A stretch of 64,000 nt of DNA from Eledone cirrhosa (Eukaryota). Made by a program: the position numbers and the translations under genes. Under the pieces are notes generated by a model that searched no databases, was not told where the DNA came from, and worked only from the letters and a program-made list of their open reading frames with translations. The stretch spans positions 269,142,001 through 269,206,000 of the forward strand of contig OZ024741.1 of assembly GCA_964016885.1 (NCBI GenBank). Reading direction: 5' to 3'. This document shows, piece by piece, positions 12,475 through 26,247 of the stretch (positions are counted from its first letter, which is position 1; each line of letters begins with the position of its first letter).

Positions 12475-12785
12475 TACATTTTCTTTCACGCTCAGAGTTG
12501 CTGAAGCATGGAACAAACTACCTGCATCAGATGTTTAGTGTCGAGACACTGCATCCTTTAATACCCCCATGGAACAAACTACCTGCATCAATTGTTAGCT
12601 GTTGAGACATTGCATCCTTTAAAACCTCCAAGCTTCCTGAGGTTCGCCAACACTACACCTCATGTCCCCCCCCCCCCCACCTCTTCGTACATTTCCTGTA
12701 CATTAATCTATGTACTATTTATGCACCTTTGATGAGTTGTAGTGCACCTGAGCACTGTACACAATAATTTTATTATTATTATTAT
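12475..12785 (+). mobile_element. CR1/L2-like LINE 3' end fragment
   Basis: FFTLRVAEAWNKLPAS (x2) matches the CR1-type RT C-terminus; (ATT) tail. Confidence 0.6.
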
Positions 12786-12871
12786 TACATACTTACTGTT
12801 GTTGTTGTTGTTTTTCTTGTTTATTTTATTTTATTTTTTGCTGTTACCGTTGTTCTTCTTGCAACTGCTTC

Positions 12872-12902
<31 letters not shown>

Positions 12903-13599
12903 ATTTTTAGCCCCCAGCTAGCCTCAGGGCGATGGTTTCATGGAATTGCTAAAGTGTCGGACAAGATACCTTGAGTTATTTGCTCTCTCTCTCTCTCTCT
13001 CCCTATTTCACCCCCCCCCCCCTCTCTCTCCTCTTCCGGAATAAATCTGCTGTATTCAGATTTAGAAAGGAGATGGGCTCCGCTAGGTTTAAAAATGCCA
13101 TAGAAACGTTGTATGTCAATATGGCGTCCTCACGACTTCCCCAGGAGTTACGGCACCATATCATACCAAAATAAAATATTCTATCACGGATAAAGTGTTT
13201 CTTAGCTAATTTGAGGAAAATGTTGGTTATTGGAATGGATACTACTAGATTAAACTTTGGCAAGAAAGATGGGAAAAAACTTACTCCAACATTTGATTTT
13301 AATTTTAAATCTTTAATTTTTAGTTTTTAACTCCTATTAATTCTTTTTAATTTTTTATTTCAATATTCAACATTTGATAAGAGGAATTTTAATAATACAT
13401 CGAAACCGGTAATACTTTATATATTTTATATACATTATAAAACCTTTTTTAAAAAGAATTGTCCCTCTCATTTTTTCAATAATGTCATTTTTTTCAATGT
13501 CATCTTTTCAATAATGTCACTTTGACGAATCAAAGAAAGGATAAAAAAAAAAAGAAAAACAGACCCTTAAATGTATTTTCCGGCCTATTTCCAACTTCA

Positions 13600-13688
<89 letters not shown>

Positions 13689-13975
13689 AAAGTTTACATA
13701 TATATATACATATATATACATATACGTGTTTTGCAACGGGTCACTTTGTGGCTCAATGAAAATTTAATAAATTAAATAATCAGAGCTATATATCATAAAA
13801 CATGTCTATAGAATCACAAGATAAAATATATACCATTTCCTCACCCAATTAGCATAATTAACTATATAAAAAATCGAATAGACCAGGCTATAAGAATGAG
13901 GCTTCTATGAAGAAATCTCCAACAAATACCCGAAATGTTATGATATATATATATATATATATATATATAGGTACG

Positions 13976-14371
13976 TACTCTCGGGTCTTGAATAATTATC
14001 CACTCCTGCTTATTAATTTTTCAGATCACACCCCCGCTCTTATTCCACTCCACACCCCGCTTATTAAATTTTACCTAATCTATCTCCGGTGAAATTTTAT
14101 TTTAAGTAGTAGCATTCCTGCGACAATTAATTTTCTTTAGACATCAAAAAAACATTATACATGACAACAAAAGTACATTACTAGAAATCCCATATGTTAT
14201 AAAATAAATAGGATGGGTTGGGGGTCTCAATATGTAAACTAAACGACTAATTCTGGTTTTTAAAAAAATCAACGGAGACAACCTAAAAATATTACCGACC
14301 CCCACCCTTCACCTGTTCCAACTCTCCCGCCTATTTCACTCCCGCCCCGTATTATTTGGGACCCGAGAGTA
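13976..14371. mobile_element. TIR MITE (TACTCTCGGGTC...GACCCGAGAGTA)
   Basis: Terminal inverted repeats; second, left-truncated copy at ~34826-35277. Confidence 0.7.
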
Positions 14372-14514
14372 GGTAATATGTAGGTATGCAGGTAAGTAGA
14401 TATGTAGGTAGGTACGTGTAAACGAGGGCGCGCAAGTATACGTGGTCACTCGGCTGGTTAGATATAGCAACCCAGTCTTACTCAAATCACAGCTTCTCCT
14501 AAAGAGATGAGGGT

Positions 14515-14860
14515 GATTGGTGGTGGTGGTTGTGGTGTCGGCGGTACTTGGTTGTCGTGGTGGTGGGGGTGGGGGTCTTGGGGGTGGGGGGTCGTGGTAG
14601 GGGTGGTGGTTGTGGTGGTGTTGATGGTGGTGCTATGACGGTGGTGTAGGATGTAGTGGTGGTCCTGTTAGTGTGTGTTGATGTGTGTGATAGTTGGTAG
14701 TGTTGGTGGTGGGGTAAGAGTTGTTGTGGTGGAGATTGTGGTGGTGCTGGTGGTGGTGGTTGTGGTGGTGTTGTTGGTGGTGCTGGTGCTGGTGGCGGCA
14801 GTCGTGGTGGTGGCTGATGGTTGTGGTGGTTCTAGTGGTGTTGGTGGTGATGGTGGTGGG
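14515..14860. repeat. (GGT)n-like low-complexity repeat
   Basis: Composition. Confidence 0.85.
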
Positions 14861-17133
14861 ATTTAATTCCAAATCAACGCTAATCAAGCAAAACTTGGAT
14901 CAAAATCCTTCTGGCTTTGATCGCGCTGTATATTTTTTTTTTTAGTAATAGTGTACCCCGGGGTACATTATCCGATGTGTCTTTGTTATTTCTTTTAGGA
15001 AGGTCGGGTATGGTTTTTACGGATATTCGATTGCTGTTTCTAGCATAATGCGTGACAACATAGTGGCTTTCTTTTGGGATCGACGAGGTTGTCTAAAATG
15101 AAATATAAATCTGGTTGAGTCTCATATAATATGGTGAGATTAAAGAAGGAGTCCGCGATAAGGTGGCTGGTGCAGCGGGTGTCACTGGCTAATGTGCGCG
15201 GGAATGCTTTTGTGGTCCTGTCCACAGCCCCTTTACTGCCGCGCCCTAAGCCAAGAGGCCAATCACACTCCCCTCTCCCCATTTTTCTATGACACTAGAG
15301 TCCTTGCCATTCCTTCCCCTTTACCGTTTTTTCTTTTTTCTTTATATTTTCCTATTTTACATTCCAGTCTTCTCAATCTAAATTTTCTTTTTTTTTTAAT
15401 ATTTCTATTAAACTATATTGACATGATATATTCCATAAATAAATTATAATTTACATTTAAAAAATGTCTTTTAAGTTCCCATCAATTAGTATACATAACG
15501 CCCTTCAAAATCTAAAAAAACAAACAAACAAAAAACTAATCAGGTGAGATAAATCCAGTAAGATCAGAGGCTCTGATCTTTGACTTTAAGGAACGGATTC
15601 ACTCCAAATCTACATAGTCTGTATTGTCCAAAGAATTTGAATCAACTGATATTATTGAGTTGTCTCCCTTATTTATTGTTTTTAGATTTTAAATACACTT
15701 GGGTGGTATTTTTTTAATACTCGTTTGGATAATTTCAGTTGATGGAAATATTTTTCTAACTTACTATACGTGGGAGCTTAACAGATTTAGGGTTCAGAAC
15801 GTTCTCCTCAGATATGTCACGTCGGCCGTATCATTAGTATTAAATAAGATAAAGTATATTAATCTGTGACCACTGACTACTGACCGACAAAGCAGTCGAG
15901 CAAACACCTATAATGACTAGTTTAAGGAGCTGATGGAATTTTACTAACAATGTAAATGCGAAGGATGGAAAGGGGTGGCTACCCTACTTTTTTTTTTTAT
16001 ATACCAAGCTGAAGTAGAAGAATAGGCGTTATTATAACTGATGTGCTTTATCATGTAGATTGTTGATGTGGTTGTTGTTTAGCCCTGGGTCAGCTTTGAT
16101 CGAACAGACCTATAATAAAAAAATATTCTAGCCATGACCACCATCCTGTTTTGCTATAAAAATAGAGGCTTCTTCCTTGATTGAAGATTATATTAGTTGT
16201 CTATGTGGCTGTTTGACCTGCTAAAGATAGCAGCTAAATCTACCTCAAATGACATCCTGTCGTCTTTAAAAATAGAATGACATACTGTATGTATGGTCCC
16301 GTAACTCCTGATAGAGTCGTAGGGGCGCCGTATTGACATTTGGCGTTTCTTGCATTTTAAGCTTGGCGGAGCCCATTCCTCCTCAAGCAGATTTCTTCTT
16401 TGGATAGATAGAAAGTGAGAGAGAGGAAATGAGAAAGAGATGTAGAGGAAGAAGCGACCCCAGTACTGGACTGGTACTTTTTTTATCGATCTCGAAAGGA
16501 TGAAAGGCAAAGTTGACCTCGGTGGGATTTCAAATCAGAGAGCAGAGAGCTGGAATAAATACTGCCAAGCATTCTATCCGACCTTCTAACGACTCGGCCA
16601 ATTTGCCGTCTTTCACGAATTACGTTATCCAAAATATACTTTGAATCTTTTCCTTATTTGTGAGATAGTGAAGAGTGATTCGAGAGATATTCAGTTCTCA
16701 AGATGGATGATCCTAGAAGCATGCATACATGCAGGGTCCCGTAACTCACGAGCGAGACGTAGGGGCGCGGTATTGACATACGGCATTTTAAAACCTGGCA
16801 GATTTCTTCCAGAAATATGGTGTATGCAGACCTAGATGGAGAAATAGTGAGAGAATGGAGATAAAAAAGAGATATAGAAGAATCAACCCTAGTACTTGAC
16901 TAGTACTTTTTTTTTATCGACCTCGAATAGATGAAAGGAAAAGTTGACATTGGAGTTATTTGAATTCAGAGAACTGAGAGTAAAAAATCAAGACAAACAC
17001 CGCAAGGTATTCTATCCGACGTCCCAACCACTCTGCCAATTAACCGCCTTCATTTATGTTACAGTAACCAGTAAAGATAAACTCTTTTTTTATTATTTTT
17101 TCTTCTTTAAAAAGAAATTCCTTTATGTTGTAG

Positions 17134-17210
17134 TGACCATCAAAGACCGCAATAATCTGAATCACCAAATTACATTGGAGAACCAAGCTAGCCTATTTTA
17201 CCAGGCATAT
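17134..17210 (+). CDS. Secreted ferritin, coding exon 2 (helix A)
   Basis: (L)TIKDRNNLNHQITLENQASLFYQAY aligns to ferritin INRQINLELYASYVY; TTGTAG acceptor, GTAAGT donor; 77 nt restores phase. Confidence 0.88.
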
Positions 17211-17283
17211 GTAAGTATTGAATTGTTTATGACAAATAATTCCACCAAATTTGAGTTTCGTGTTAATATTATGTGTTATATAA

Positions 17284-17332
<49 letters not shown>

Positions 17333-17437
17333 AGAAAAAAAGAGAATCAATGTTGTGACGAATGGAATTTATTGGACATAATACAATCGTTTCTCTGGCG
17401 ACCAGCTCGATTAGGAAAATCTGCTTCGTAAAATAAA

Positions 17438-17533
17438 GACGTATCTGAGGACCTTGCGATTTTCACAGTCAGGTTCGATCATCACATCGATCGTGCCTCG
17501 AGATGGTCGCAAGAGAAACGATTGTATTATGTC
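17438..17533 (+). ncRNA. Hammerhead ribozyme motif in ferritin intron 2, within IR unit 17328-17582
   Basis: GACGTAT-CTGAGGA-CCTTGCGAT...GTCGCAAGA-GAAACGATTGTA-TTATGTC; same family as 6398-6490. Confidence 0.6.
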
Positions 17534-17669
17534 CAATAAATTCCATTCGTCGCAACAGTGATTCTCTTTTTTTCTGTGATATCCTACTCTGCTCTATGAG
17601 AGCATCGAGTGCTCAAACGGCCTACCGCATACGGACGCTTTAAGCATTCAACAACCAATTATATATATA

Positions 17670-17706
<37 letters not shown>

Positions 17707-17914
17707 GGCGACCTACGTAGTAAATCGTATCATCGTGAGCTCCGCAAAGGTTTGTTATTTCCGTTTGTTAAAAATTGTCATTTATGGAAAATTTTATTGT
17801 TAACTGTTTATAAGCGCACATACATTGTTTTCCGAAAAGGACACCCAAAAAGATTGGGGCCTTGTGCCCAAAATTTAAACTTTTATTATTATCAAAAAAA
17901 TTTCTTTGAAAAAA

Positions 17915-19909
17915 ATGGCTAATTCACCTCTGCACGAAGCAGCTGAAAGCCTTCCTCACAAATTAACACCTCACACCGACACCACCATTGTAAATGTTAC
18001 TACGTTTGCCAACACAAAAAAAAATATAAGCACTAGCAATATTTTAAATTTGTCTCAGGCAGACATTCATTTCCCGCCATTACCAATGACTGCAGGTGTT
18101 AAAGCCTCCACCACCACCACCACCGCGACAACCACCACCACCACCACCACCGCGACAACAGAAACAAAAGAAGAAAAAAATAAATTAACTCGTGATGTCG
18201 AAATGAAATCAAGCAAAATGGACTCTTCCCCACCAAAGACGACTGACGTCACCACCACCACAACTGAAACTAAAATTAATATTAACGATAGCAACAACAA
18301 CAATGACATTATAAAAACCCCCCTCAGTTTCGCCAGAGTAGCAAAACAATTCGAAGCATTTATGGTAACTCAGGAAGATTTAGAAAATGCCAAACAAATG
18401 GTAAAGAAAGATGGGTACAGGGTCAGCCTCACCCCCCCCCCCACCCACCCACCTAATAAAATGGAGCATCGGCGCCTATGCACCGTGTCGTATAGAACTA
18501 TAAATGTAAAATCGCGCCGAGTGGAACGGGCATCCGAGTCCCAAATCCAAAAAGCTTTGGGACATGTGTGGGCAAGAAAAACCCACATCAGACGTGGGCA
18601 AAAGTATGGAACCGTGGACGTGTTCTTTGAAACACCAGAGGAGGCTAGAGAACGCTCCATGGCCCCATTAAAAAGTGACGACTTCACACTCGTCCCAAGC
18701 TATTGTGGCCACAGACTCGTAAAGATCAGGGTGACCCACGTTCCACCGGCCATCGAAATTCCCTGGCTAATAGCGGCTGTCCTCGCCGGCATCGAAGCCA
18801 ACACGAAAATAATAGCAGTAGCAAAAGAAAAGCAGGAAAACTGGTCCGGATCTGGGATGGAGCTCCTGATCCAAGCGGACCAAAAAAGCATTGAAGAGAT
18901 CCCAGAGGTAATAGACCTCACTGACGGCAGCCACCTCACGGTAATTGTCGAGGGCAGAAGACCTAGGTGTGTCGTTTGTGGTGAAGGAACCCACCTAAGG
19001 GCTTTCTGCCCTCAGGCTAAAAGGTTGAGGCCACCTCTCCTACCCACCCCAGTGACACAACCATCAACACCACCAGTAGAAGAGATGGCAGCAAAAACTA
19101 TAGCAGCAACAACAGAAGCAACTATAACAGCAACAACCCCAGCAACAGTAGCAAAACCAACGCCACCACCACCACCAGCAAAACCAACACCACCACCACC
19201 CAACGCTTCAGAACTAGCACCAGCGCCTACACCATCCACCACGCCACAACCAAAACTAACGGCTGTGGAGGATTTTCCACTCCCCGGCCTATCACAACTG
19301 GAGACAGATTGTGACGACGAGGAGTGGGAAACGATATCCGGAAAAAAAAAAAGAAACCAAAAAAGAAAAAATTCTCTTCCTTCCCCCTCCAAAAACAAAA
19401 TACAGAGGGAAACAAATAAACTAAGAAACAAAAAAGTTAGGACAGATATGCCACCATCCACACCAGCATCACCAACCCCATCAACCCAAACACCAACACC
19501 ATCACCATCATTAGCTCCAACACCACCATCACCTACACCACAAAAGTCACCAAAATGCGAAACAGAAACAAACCCACAACAAACGCAAACAAAACAAAAC
19601 AACCAAAACGATACACACTACACAGCATTAAATTTGAACAACAAGCAATTATTACACTACATCCAACACAACACCAGCATCACAGAAAAAGACTACACAA
19701 CAACCCCAAAATTCACACCACCTCCACACATACAAATCACTCGCATCACACAGAAAACGTACATGACACTAAAACAAAAATTCCCCAAAGACATCGGAGA
19801 CTTCCGACAAGCACTCTCCAGGAGGATTTATAAGGACATCCTTCCTGAGGAGGCCACAAGCAGTGAAAAGGATGGAAAAACCGTCCTTCCCCTACGAGAA
19901 GTAAGGTAA
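17915..19909 (+). CDS. Tx1-like ORF1 (gag-like nucleic-acid-binding protein)
   Basis: Open 664 codons; CCHC knuckle CVVCGEGTHLRAFC, SFARVA and WETI..KKR motifs, Pro/Thr-rich regions. Confidence 0.85.
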   Translation: MANSPLHEAAESLPHKLTPHTDTTIVNVTTFANTKKNISTSNILNLSQADIHFPPLPMTAGVKASTTTTTATTTTTTTTATTETKEEKNKLTRDVEMKSSKMDSSPPKTTDVTTTTTETKININDSNNNNDIIKTPLSFARVAKQFEAFMVTQEDLENAKQMVKKDGYRVSLTPPPTHPPNKMEHRRLCTVSYRTINVKSRRVERASESQIQKALGHVWARKTHIRRGQKYGTVDVFFETPEEARERSMAPLKSDDFTLVPSYCGHRLVKIRVTHVPPAIEIPWLIAAVLAGIEANTKIIAVAKEKQENWSGSGMELLIQADQKSIEEIPEVIDLTDGSHLTVIVEGRRPRCVVCGEGTHLRAFCPQAKRLRPPLLPTPVTQPSTPPVEEMAAKTIAATTEATITATTPATVAKPTPPPPPAKPTPPPPNASELAPAPTPSTTPQPKLTAVEDFPLPGLSQLETDCDDEEWETISGKKKRNQKRKNSLPSPSKNKIQRETNKLRNKKVRTDMPPSTPASPTPSTQTPTPSPSLAPTPPSPTPQKSPKCETETNPQQTQTKQNNQNDTHYTALNLNNKQLLHYIQHNTSITEKDYTTTPKFTPPPHIQITRITQKTYMTLKQKFPKDIGDFRQALSRRIYKDILPEEATSSEKDGKTVLPLREVR

Positions 19910-19943
19910 GTGGTCTTTCCCATCTTTTCCACTCCTTTTCAAC

Positions 19944-22900
19944 ATGACCTCACTCAGAATAGGCAGCATAAATGCGCGTGGCTTGGGGTCGTCATGGAAG
20001 CAGGGCCACCTGCTCAACGACCTCAGGTCACTAAACATAGATGTAATGGCCATCAGCGAGACCAGAATCTCCGAAGCACAGGCTTTCGCACCGATCTTCG
20101 GCGGCTACGATGTGTACGCATCTCCCAGCCGTCCGGGATCGGGGGGAGGAGTTGCTGTGCTTTTTCGGAGAGGTTTGGATCTTGCCATACGGGCCATCTT
20201 CCTGGACCCAGAAGGTAAGTTGGTGGTGCTGGACGTGACCAGCGGAGACGGGCAAGCTTTCAGGTTAGTGGCCGTCTATGCCCCGACAGGAGCAGGGCGG
20301 CCTGATTTCTTCCGGCGTCTGGAGACTTTTCTTGGAACGTCCCGCTCTTTAGTGTTAGTGGGCGACTGGAACGGGATCTTAGATGCACGCTGGGATTGTG
20401 TGGGATTAGTGGATAGGGAAGGAGGGTGCAAGAGTCTCACCAACCTGCTCAGACATTTTGAACTGTCTGACAGGTACCGAATGGATTTCCCGAATGTACC
20501 AATGTGGACTTGGACAAATCGCATAGGGTCATCCAGATCATATCTAGATAGAGTATTTTGTAGGGAAATAGATAAGTCTAGCATAGGCTGTCCACAATTC
20601 AAGATAGTCAGCTACACGGACCACAAATTCGTGATCTGTGTGCTTGACTTAGATAGGCTTCATAGGCGAGGACCCGGCTACTGGAAGCTAAACGCGTCCT
20701 TACCAGCGCGCAAGGCCTACAGAGACCGGATTAGCGAACTAGTTAAGCGGGCGCTGACGGGGGCCATCGTCAACAACAAGTGGTGGTTTGCTCTGAAAAG
20801 AGCAATTAGAATAGAGTCCATTAGGTTTAGTAAGACTTTAGCAATAGAGAAAAATAGAGCAGAGGGAGAACTATTTAGAAAATTAGATGAGGCGCTTAGC
20901 AAAGGCATCGCGACCGACGTGCTTGCGGCGAAATTGGCCCTTGACCAATTCTTCAATGCAAAGCACGAAGGCTGCGTTGTCAGAGCTAGGGTGCGTGCTC
21001 TCAGACACGAGGGGATGAAAGCCGTTCAATGGGCCCGAGTGGCGGAGGCGCGTCGTGGCAACAAAGCCACGATCCGGTCTTTGGTGGACCACGACGGGCG
21101 CATGCTACTCGATCCCGGGCAAATGTGTGAAGCTTTTCAGCGACACTTCGCTCAACTGTTCGGGGGCAGTGGCGGGCCGGATCGAGGGATGGACTTTAGT
21201 GTCTACCTCGACAGACTGCCGCGGCTTTCGGCCACTGAGGCGGAGTGTTGCGAAAAGCCGATAACAACCGCTGAAGTACGGGATGCAATGACTAGTTGCA
21301 CAAGGGGTAAATCGCCTGGTTGGATGGTCTGCCCTATGAACTTTACGTACAAATGCCAAACTTGTTCGGAGGCCTCTTGGCGGACGTCTACTGCAACTGG
21401 CAACAGAACGGGAGAATTCCCAGCTCTGTGAGCCGAGGAGAGGTGGCGCTGCTGAGAAAGGATCCGAACAAGGGGGATAACATAGATAATTTTAGGCCCA
21501 TAACTCTGCTAAACACAGAGTTCAAGATTTTGGCCAAGGTGCTAGCAAAGAGGTTGGCGCTTGTCGTTGGTGGTCTGGTGGGAGAGGCGCAGACATGCGC
21601 CATTCCCGACAGATCCATCCACGACAACCTCCACCTCATGCGATACATCGTAGAGAGGGTAGCTAGGGAACCTGGCAAGGGTGGGTCTTTGATCAATTTA
21701 GATCAATCGAAAGCCTTCGATAGGGTCGACCATCGTTACCTAGCGGCAGTCCTGAGGGCGGCTGGCTTTGGGCCCGTCTTCAGAGGCTGGATCGCTGCCA
21801 TGCACAGCGACATCTGCTCTGTAGTGAGAGTGAACGGTCACCTTTCGGAACCGTTCAACATCATGCGCTCGGTCCGCCAAGGATGTCCCCTCTCGTCCCT
21901 ATTGTACGTATTGACTCTCGAGCCATTACTGCACAAACTGGAGACGTTGAGGGGGGTCCCGCGCGAACTAGGATGCGGAAGATCCGTGTCAGCATATGCC
22001 GACGATGTCACCGTAGTGGTGTCGAACGCCAAACACATCGAGGCGATCGGCACTACACTAAGAGAATACGAAGCGGTGACAGGAGCAATGATCAACCAGG
22101 AAAAGTCAGTGGGCCTGCAGCTCGGCACCTGGAGAGGCAGGTCCATGCCGTCCAACAGCGTCGTCGGGCGCTGGACGGACGGACCGGTTAAATTGCTAGG
22201 GGTCTGGTTCGGTCCAGACTTCCAGACGGACAAAAACTGGGACGAGGTGACGAGCAGGGTGGCTTCTCTCACCCAGAAATGGGCCGAGAGGAAGCTATCC
22301 CTGAAAGGTCGAGCGGAGGTGGCTAACGCGTACATCACGTCCGTCATCTACTACCGCCTGACCGTCGTACCTTGTCCTAAGCCCCGCCTGACTGCGCTGG
22401 AGCGTTTGCTCTTTCGGTTCTTGTGGAAGGGACGCGCTCCGATGGTCAGGCGGTCCATCTACTGTCAACACCCGCTACGTGGAGGGCTGGGCATGCCGTG
22501 GCTGATGATGCGCAGACACGCGCTCAGGCTACGACATCTCCACCTCTTCCTCGACGGTGATCAGGTGTGGTCGCCGTTTGCTAGACACGTTTTTCCCCAG
22601 CTCGTCTCCTTGACGGAGCTGCTGTCCTGGGTCAAGCGAAGACCGAGAGGGAGCGCTTGGAGACTGGAATGTCTTCAGGCGCTCACAGCCCTCGACCAAT
22701 CGGGCAATGTGATCGGTGGAAACTCCACCTTGGCGTTCTATAGGGGATTAGTGGAGGGGAAGAGCGACGACGTACTTGGAGAAACTCTCGGCGTCGACGA
22801 AAATCAACTAGCCAATCTCTTCGGAAGGACTTTCGGGCCGGGGCCTATGGACAACTTCCAGAAATCCCTGGCCTGGCAGTGCTACTGAGGAGCTTTGCCA

Positions 22901-23362
22901 GTTCGGGATAAACTCTACAGGCATGGAGGTGCCGTCAGCCGGGCATGTCCGAGATGCGCGCAGGGCGACGAAACCGTCCTGCACGCACTCGTCCAGTGTC
23001 CGAGCATTGCTGACTTGTGGGTTTATGTCGAACACCTGCTGTCACGTGTAGGACGGATCCAGCTATCAGCTGAGTCCATCGTGAGGATTGCCCCGCTCCC
23101 TTCCTTTAGCCGGGAAGGGCAGGCAGTTTTTATCTGTCTGGTGGCCATGGCGAAAGAGATAGTATGGTGGACACGTTTGAAAGGGCTGAAGACGAGCACT
23201 TACCTCTTCGGTGATTCCCTGATTAACTTTTTCAAATTTCATTTGAAAAGGAAAATCAGGGTAGAGAGGGGAGTGCTCTCTTCCCAGCATTTTGTTGAAA
23301 GATGGGTGAGAGAAGCAAATATGGCCCGAATGAATGTGCCTTCTCTGAGTATGTATCTGTAA
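19944..23362 (+). pseudogene. Tx1-like ORF2: AP endonuclease + RT + C-terminal zinc finger; disrupted
   Basis: SINARGL, ISET, VYAP, GDWN, YLDR, TDH, GYWKLN; FRPITLLN, DQSKAFDRV, RQGCPLS, YADD; CPRC..ETVLHALVQC. Frameshift at ~21320 and stop at 22886-22888. Confidence 0.92.
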
Positions 23363-23649
23363 ATTAAAGGTGGAAAACTGGGAGAGGGCACTTGCCCTGG
23401 TGGTCAGGGCCACTGTGGTCTTTTAATGGGCTTTCTCCACAAATGTCCCTCGGAAGTCTCCCCCCTATTGGGGAATTTTTCTTTGTTATTTTATTTCAAC
23501 CTCTGTTTTTTTTTACACGCAGAAATGCCCATTTGTACCGTCCTGTATTGTCCTGTACTGTCCTTAATGTCTACTTTATGTAAACCCTTGTGGTTAATAA
23601 AGAAAACATTATTATTATTATTATTATAATTATTATTATTATTATTATT

Positions 23650-24140
23650 AGGTAGAGGGTCTGACGCCATGCTTTGAAGCATAGTTACCTCCCTTTATGA
23701 TCTGAGTTCAAATACCGCCGAGGTTAACTTTGCGTTTCATCCTTACGGGGTCGATAAAATAAAGTACCAGTAATGCCCTGGGTAATTGCTGGCCTTGTGC
23801 CTAAAGTAGAAACAATTATATTACATTCAAAGTAAAGGGTGTCATGAATGATACAAAATCACTTTCTTATATTTATATATATATATACATACACGCACAC
23901 ACACACACACATATAGATATATATATACACACATAGAATAATGGTTTCTTATATAGGCACAAGGCCAGCATTTTTGGGGGAGGGGAAAGTCGATTAAATC
24001 GACCCCAGTGCATTACTGGTACTTTATTTTATCGAGCCCGTAAGGATGAAAGGTAAAGTTAACGTTGGCGGGATTTGAACTCAGATCATAAAGGGCCGTA
24101 ACTCTATGCTGCAAAACAGCGTCCGACCCTCTACCTATAC
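23650..24140. mobile_element. Two CORE-type SINE copies (+ 23650-23820; - 23940-24140)
   Basis: B box GAGTTCAAAT and the core motif on each strand. Confidence 0.8.
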
Positions 24141-24299
24141 TGACGAGATGTTATACAATTATTGAGGTGTGACGAGCGTTTCACGATTCAGCAGCTCAAG
24201 GATTGATCTGTATCGATCGGGCCCGACTCTGGAATCAAAAGCTCGTCGGACTTCTCTCAAGTGATGTGTGTGTGAGTTTGTGTGTGTGTGTGTGTGTGC

Positions 24300-24352
<53 letters not shown>

Positions 24353-25712
24353 TCCCGGGTTCAATCGATGGTAACCACAGTTAGGTACTCGATACATTAG
24401 TAGAATGTAAACATCAAGTTTAATATAGAAATGGCTTGTACAGGACTAGAAATGTTTCATTAAAAAAAAAATCATCAGTAAAGCCCCTGATCATTTCATT
24501 TGAATGAAACATATATATATATATATTAGAAAAGGGAAGTAAGGTTCTATACAAAACATTGGATATAGAGAAAAGGTGAAGTTGGAAATAGCACGGAAAA
24601 TATATTCAAGGGTCTGTTTTTCTTTTTTTATCCTTTCTTTGATTCGTCAAAGTGACATTATTGAACAGATAACATTATTGAAAAAAAGTTTTATAAAATA
24701 TATAAAGTATTACCGGTTTTGATGTATTATTAAAATCCATCTTATCAGATGTTGAGTATTGAAATAAAAGTTGAAAAGAATTAATAGGAGTTAAAAACTA
24801 AAAATTAAAGATTTAGAATTAAAATCAAATGTTGGAGTAAGTTTTCTTCCATCTTTCTTGCTCAAAATTTGGTGGTAGTGAAGATAGCTGCAGCTGTGTT
24901 TCTTCACAGAACAAAGTTGTTTTTTGGCAACATCCTGTAAATATGTGTGTGTATATATGATTGTGTTAATTGACTGAATAGTGTGCGTGTATATAATAAG
25001 GCACATGGTATAAGAACTTAGCGTGTCTCACAAACTCACACCACTAAAAATAGCAGCCAAGTTTATTCGACACGATTTGAACTCATATATGTATATATCT
25101 GTGTTTATCTCTCTTTTATAATCAATTATAATATACGGCTCGGAAAAATCTCTTTCCTAGAGCTAATTTATTAAGAGACTATTTTGAATTTCTAACTCAA
25201 TATATACCTTTGATATATTCGGCTCCGTTAATTTGTTGAGCTAATTCAAATGTCGAGTAAACCTGGCTGCTATTTTTAGTGGTATGGGTTTGTGAGACAC
25301 GTTAAGTTCTGATACCATGTGCGTTATTATATATACGCACACTATTCAGTTTTCTGAAATACTTAGAAGTGAGGAGCTTACTAGTTCTTCACCCACTGAT
25401 GAGCAAGAATTGGTAATCCTCCTCACAATTAATTTACGGAACAGCATGGGTGATTGGTAGTTACCACAATTCCGGTTTGTATTTATTTTCTTGATTTATT
25501 CGTAAATTGAGTCTGGCAAATCCTATTGTCCATAGTTAGTATTCTTTTCACCTTAGCGAATCTGGTCCCTTACGATTTGAACACATATATGTATATATTT
25601 GTGTTTATCTCTCTTTTATATTCAATTATAATATACGGCTCGGAAAAATCTCTTTCCTAGAGCTATTTTATTGTAAGAGACTATTTTGAGTTTCTAACTC
25701 AAAATATACCTT

Positions 25713-25770
<58 letters not shown>

Positions 25771-26247
25771 ATATATATGTATATATATATATATAGTGAT
25801 CCCAGTCCTGTTTCTTTTCTGACACACATCATACACATCGTGTGTGTGTGTGTGAGTATTAGTTATATCGAATAATAATAATATTCGTTTCGTTTGCAAG
25901 CAAACGGCCTTATTGCGCTATGCTGTGTTTGATGACTACCAAGCAATTTTATGGTCTTGATGAAGGGAAATGACCCAGGAACATGTTGATTGTTCCTCGA
26001 TGCTACTGCTGAACAAACGGATGATGACAATCATCAAAACACAGCATAACATAGTAAGGCCATTTGCTTGCAAACTAAGTATGCGCCTGTAGACTGAGGA
26101 TTTGGAAAACTGAGAGAGGGCGCTTGTCCTGGTGGTCAGGGTGGCCGTATTTCGTGTGGTTTTCGCCACGAGTGACACTCGGAGGTTTCCCCCTTTTACT
26201 CCATTATCAATTCATTTTTAATTATATATATATATATAAAATTCCAG

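Larger units (their letters stand above)
17707..23607 (+). mobile_element. Full-length Tx1/L1-clade non-LTR retrotransposon inserted in (ATT)n
   Basis: 5' UTR, ORF1, ORF2, 3' UTR with AATAAA at 23596; (ATT)n on both flanks (17671-17706, 23608-23650). Confidence 0.92.

Noticed and set aside
12911-12975. Possible ferritin exon after a TTTTTAG/CCCCCAG acceptor
   Set aside because: Stops in the required phase; 17134-17210 fits the phase and ferritin homology.
22886-22888. In-frame TGA in Tx1 ORF2 as selenocysteine or readthrough
   Set aside because: More simply a CGA-to-TGA CpG decay in a copy that also has a frameshift; no SECIS recognised.
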